Source: Cyanophyceae cyanobacterium (GTDB lineage Bacteria > Cyanobacteriota > Cyanobacteriia > Cyanobacteriales > Laspinemataceae). From it: a DNA stretch of 64,000 nt. Shown here one piece after another: positions 63,351 to 64,000 of this stretch. The number at the start of each line of letters is the position of its first letter. Position 1 is the first letter of the stretch. The notes under the pieces are model-generated. The model saw only the letters and a program-made list of their open reading frames with translations, did not search any database and was not told the DNA's origin. The stretch spans positions 1-64,000 of the forward strand of contig JBBQFN010000022.1 in the NCBI GenBank assembly GCA_038321985.1, written 5' to 3'. The position numbers were made by a program, and so were the translations under genes.

Positions 63351-63398
63351 ATTAATTTTGACTTGAATACAGAATCTTTCAGTGAAAGGGGTTTAGCA

Positions 63399-63483
63399 GT
63401 CTAAGGCCGACAGCACGTGCGGCTTTGTAATGGAGGCGAAGCTGCAATGGAAAAGCCGTCACCGTGCTTGTGATTGTTAGGGC
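63399..63483 (-). other. attC-like integron recombination site (R' GTT changed to CTT)
   Basis: Minus strand GCCCTAAC-AATCA-CAAGCACG..CGGCTTT..AAAGCCG..CGTGCTG-TCGGC-CTTAGAC; the MAPEG stop codon lies inside the inverse core. Confidence 0.72.
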
Positions 63484-63899
63484 AGCGCCAGCAGAATCTG
63501 GATGCTAATTATGAACATGGACACCACTCCGACCGCATACGCCACCGTTCGCCATGGCTGGATTCCACCCAAGTAAAATAACGTGTGTAAGTAGCGGGCT
63601 GCCGTGAATACCAAAAAGAGCCAAGCGGCCATACCCGAAGACGCACCGACCAGAATGTAGGCAACACCCAAGCCCAGGAAAATTGGAATATTCTCAAGGT
63701 CGTTTAGCCAGGCTCGGGCCGCCCTTTGAACCTGAGGCAATTCTTCTTTGGCTGCCTCACGCCCCACGAAGGCGGCATCTTCCGCCGTCTTGAAGGTCAT
63801 TTTCCCAATTCGATGAAACCCCTGATACGCGGAGAGGGCAAACATTTTCAAAAACAGCAGCACTGTGGCTACCGCATACCAATAAAGTGCCTGATTCAT
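63477..63899 (-). CDS. MAPEG-family membrane protein (microsomal GST/PGES-like), putative gene cassette
   Basis: LLFLKM, VQRAARAWLNDLENIP.F, ARYLHT motifs; AAGGAG RBS. Confidence 0.9.
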   Translation of the reverse strand: MNQALYWYAVATVLLFLKMFALSAYQGFHRIGKMTFKTAEDAAFVGREAAKEELPQVQRAARAWLNDLENIPIFLGLGVAYILVGASSGMAAWLFLVFTAARYLHTLFYLGGIQPWRTVAYAVGVVSMFIISIQILLALP

Positions 63900-63913
63900 G
63901 GTTTCTCCTTAGC

Positions 63914-64000
63914 TTCTAACGGTTAAACTCACCTGCCGCCACTGACTTTGGATGGTTTGGGCAGTCTAGCATTATAATCGGGTACAGTGACTTGTTATCC
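63914..64000 (-). other. attC-like integron recombination site upstream of the MAPEG gene
   Basis: Minus strand GGATAAC-AAGTC-ACTGTAC-CCG...GCAG-GTGAGTT-TAACC-GTTAGAA, then RBS and ATG within about 15 nt. Confidence 0.7.

Overview
A 64-kb segment of a cyanobacterial chromosome, probably from a filamentous Oscillatoriales-type strain. The HIP1 octamer GCGATCGC is very frequent, and the window holds form IB rbcL-rbcX-rbcS, ndhB and cyanobacterial ftsQ-ftsZ. The backbone is housekeeping: thiD, ftsZ, ftsQ, actP, ald, topA, ndhB, cbiG-cobJ, glgP, avtA, rbcLXS. Accessory material includes a P-loop ATPase plus giant STAND/WD40 pair, a DUF4331-TPR-Ni/Co transporter operon, two type II TA-like pairs and an Rpn-family gene. 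There are also many MITE/IS remnants. Highlights read directly from the sequence: (1) two attC-like sites bracket a MAPEG gene at the right edge, suggesting the distal end of an integron cassette array; no integrase is in the window. (2) A transposase-less 965-bp element with 17-bp terminal inverted repeats and a perfect 10-bp target duplication carries a cupin passenger gene. (3) A strong internal Shine-Dalgarno plus ATG in the Rpn gene predicts a nested 73-aa antitoxin. (4) An ISL3-like end interrupts a GmrSD/DUF1524 gene at the left edge. No rRNA, tRNA or CRISPR array was recognised. All family assignments come from motif recognition by eye, not database searches.
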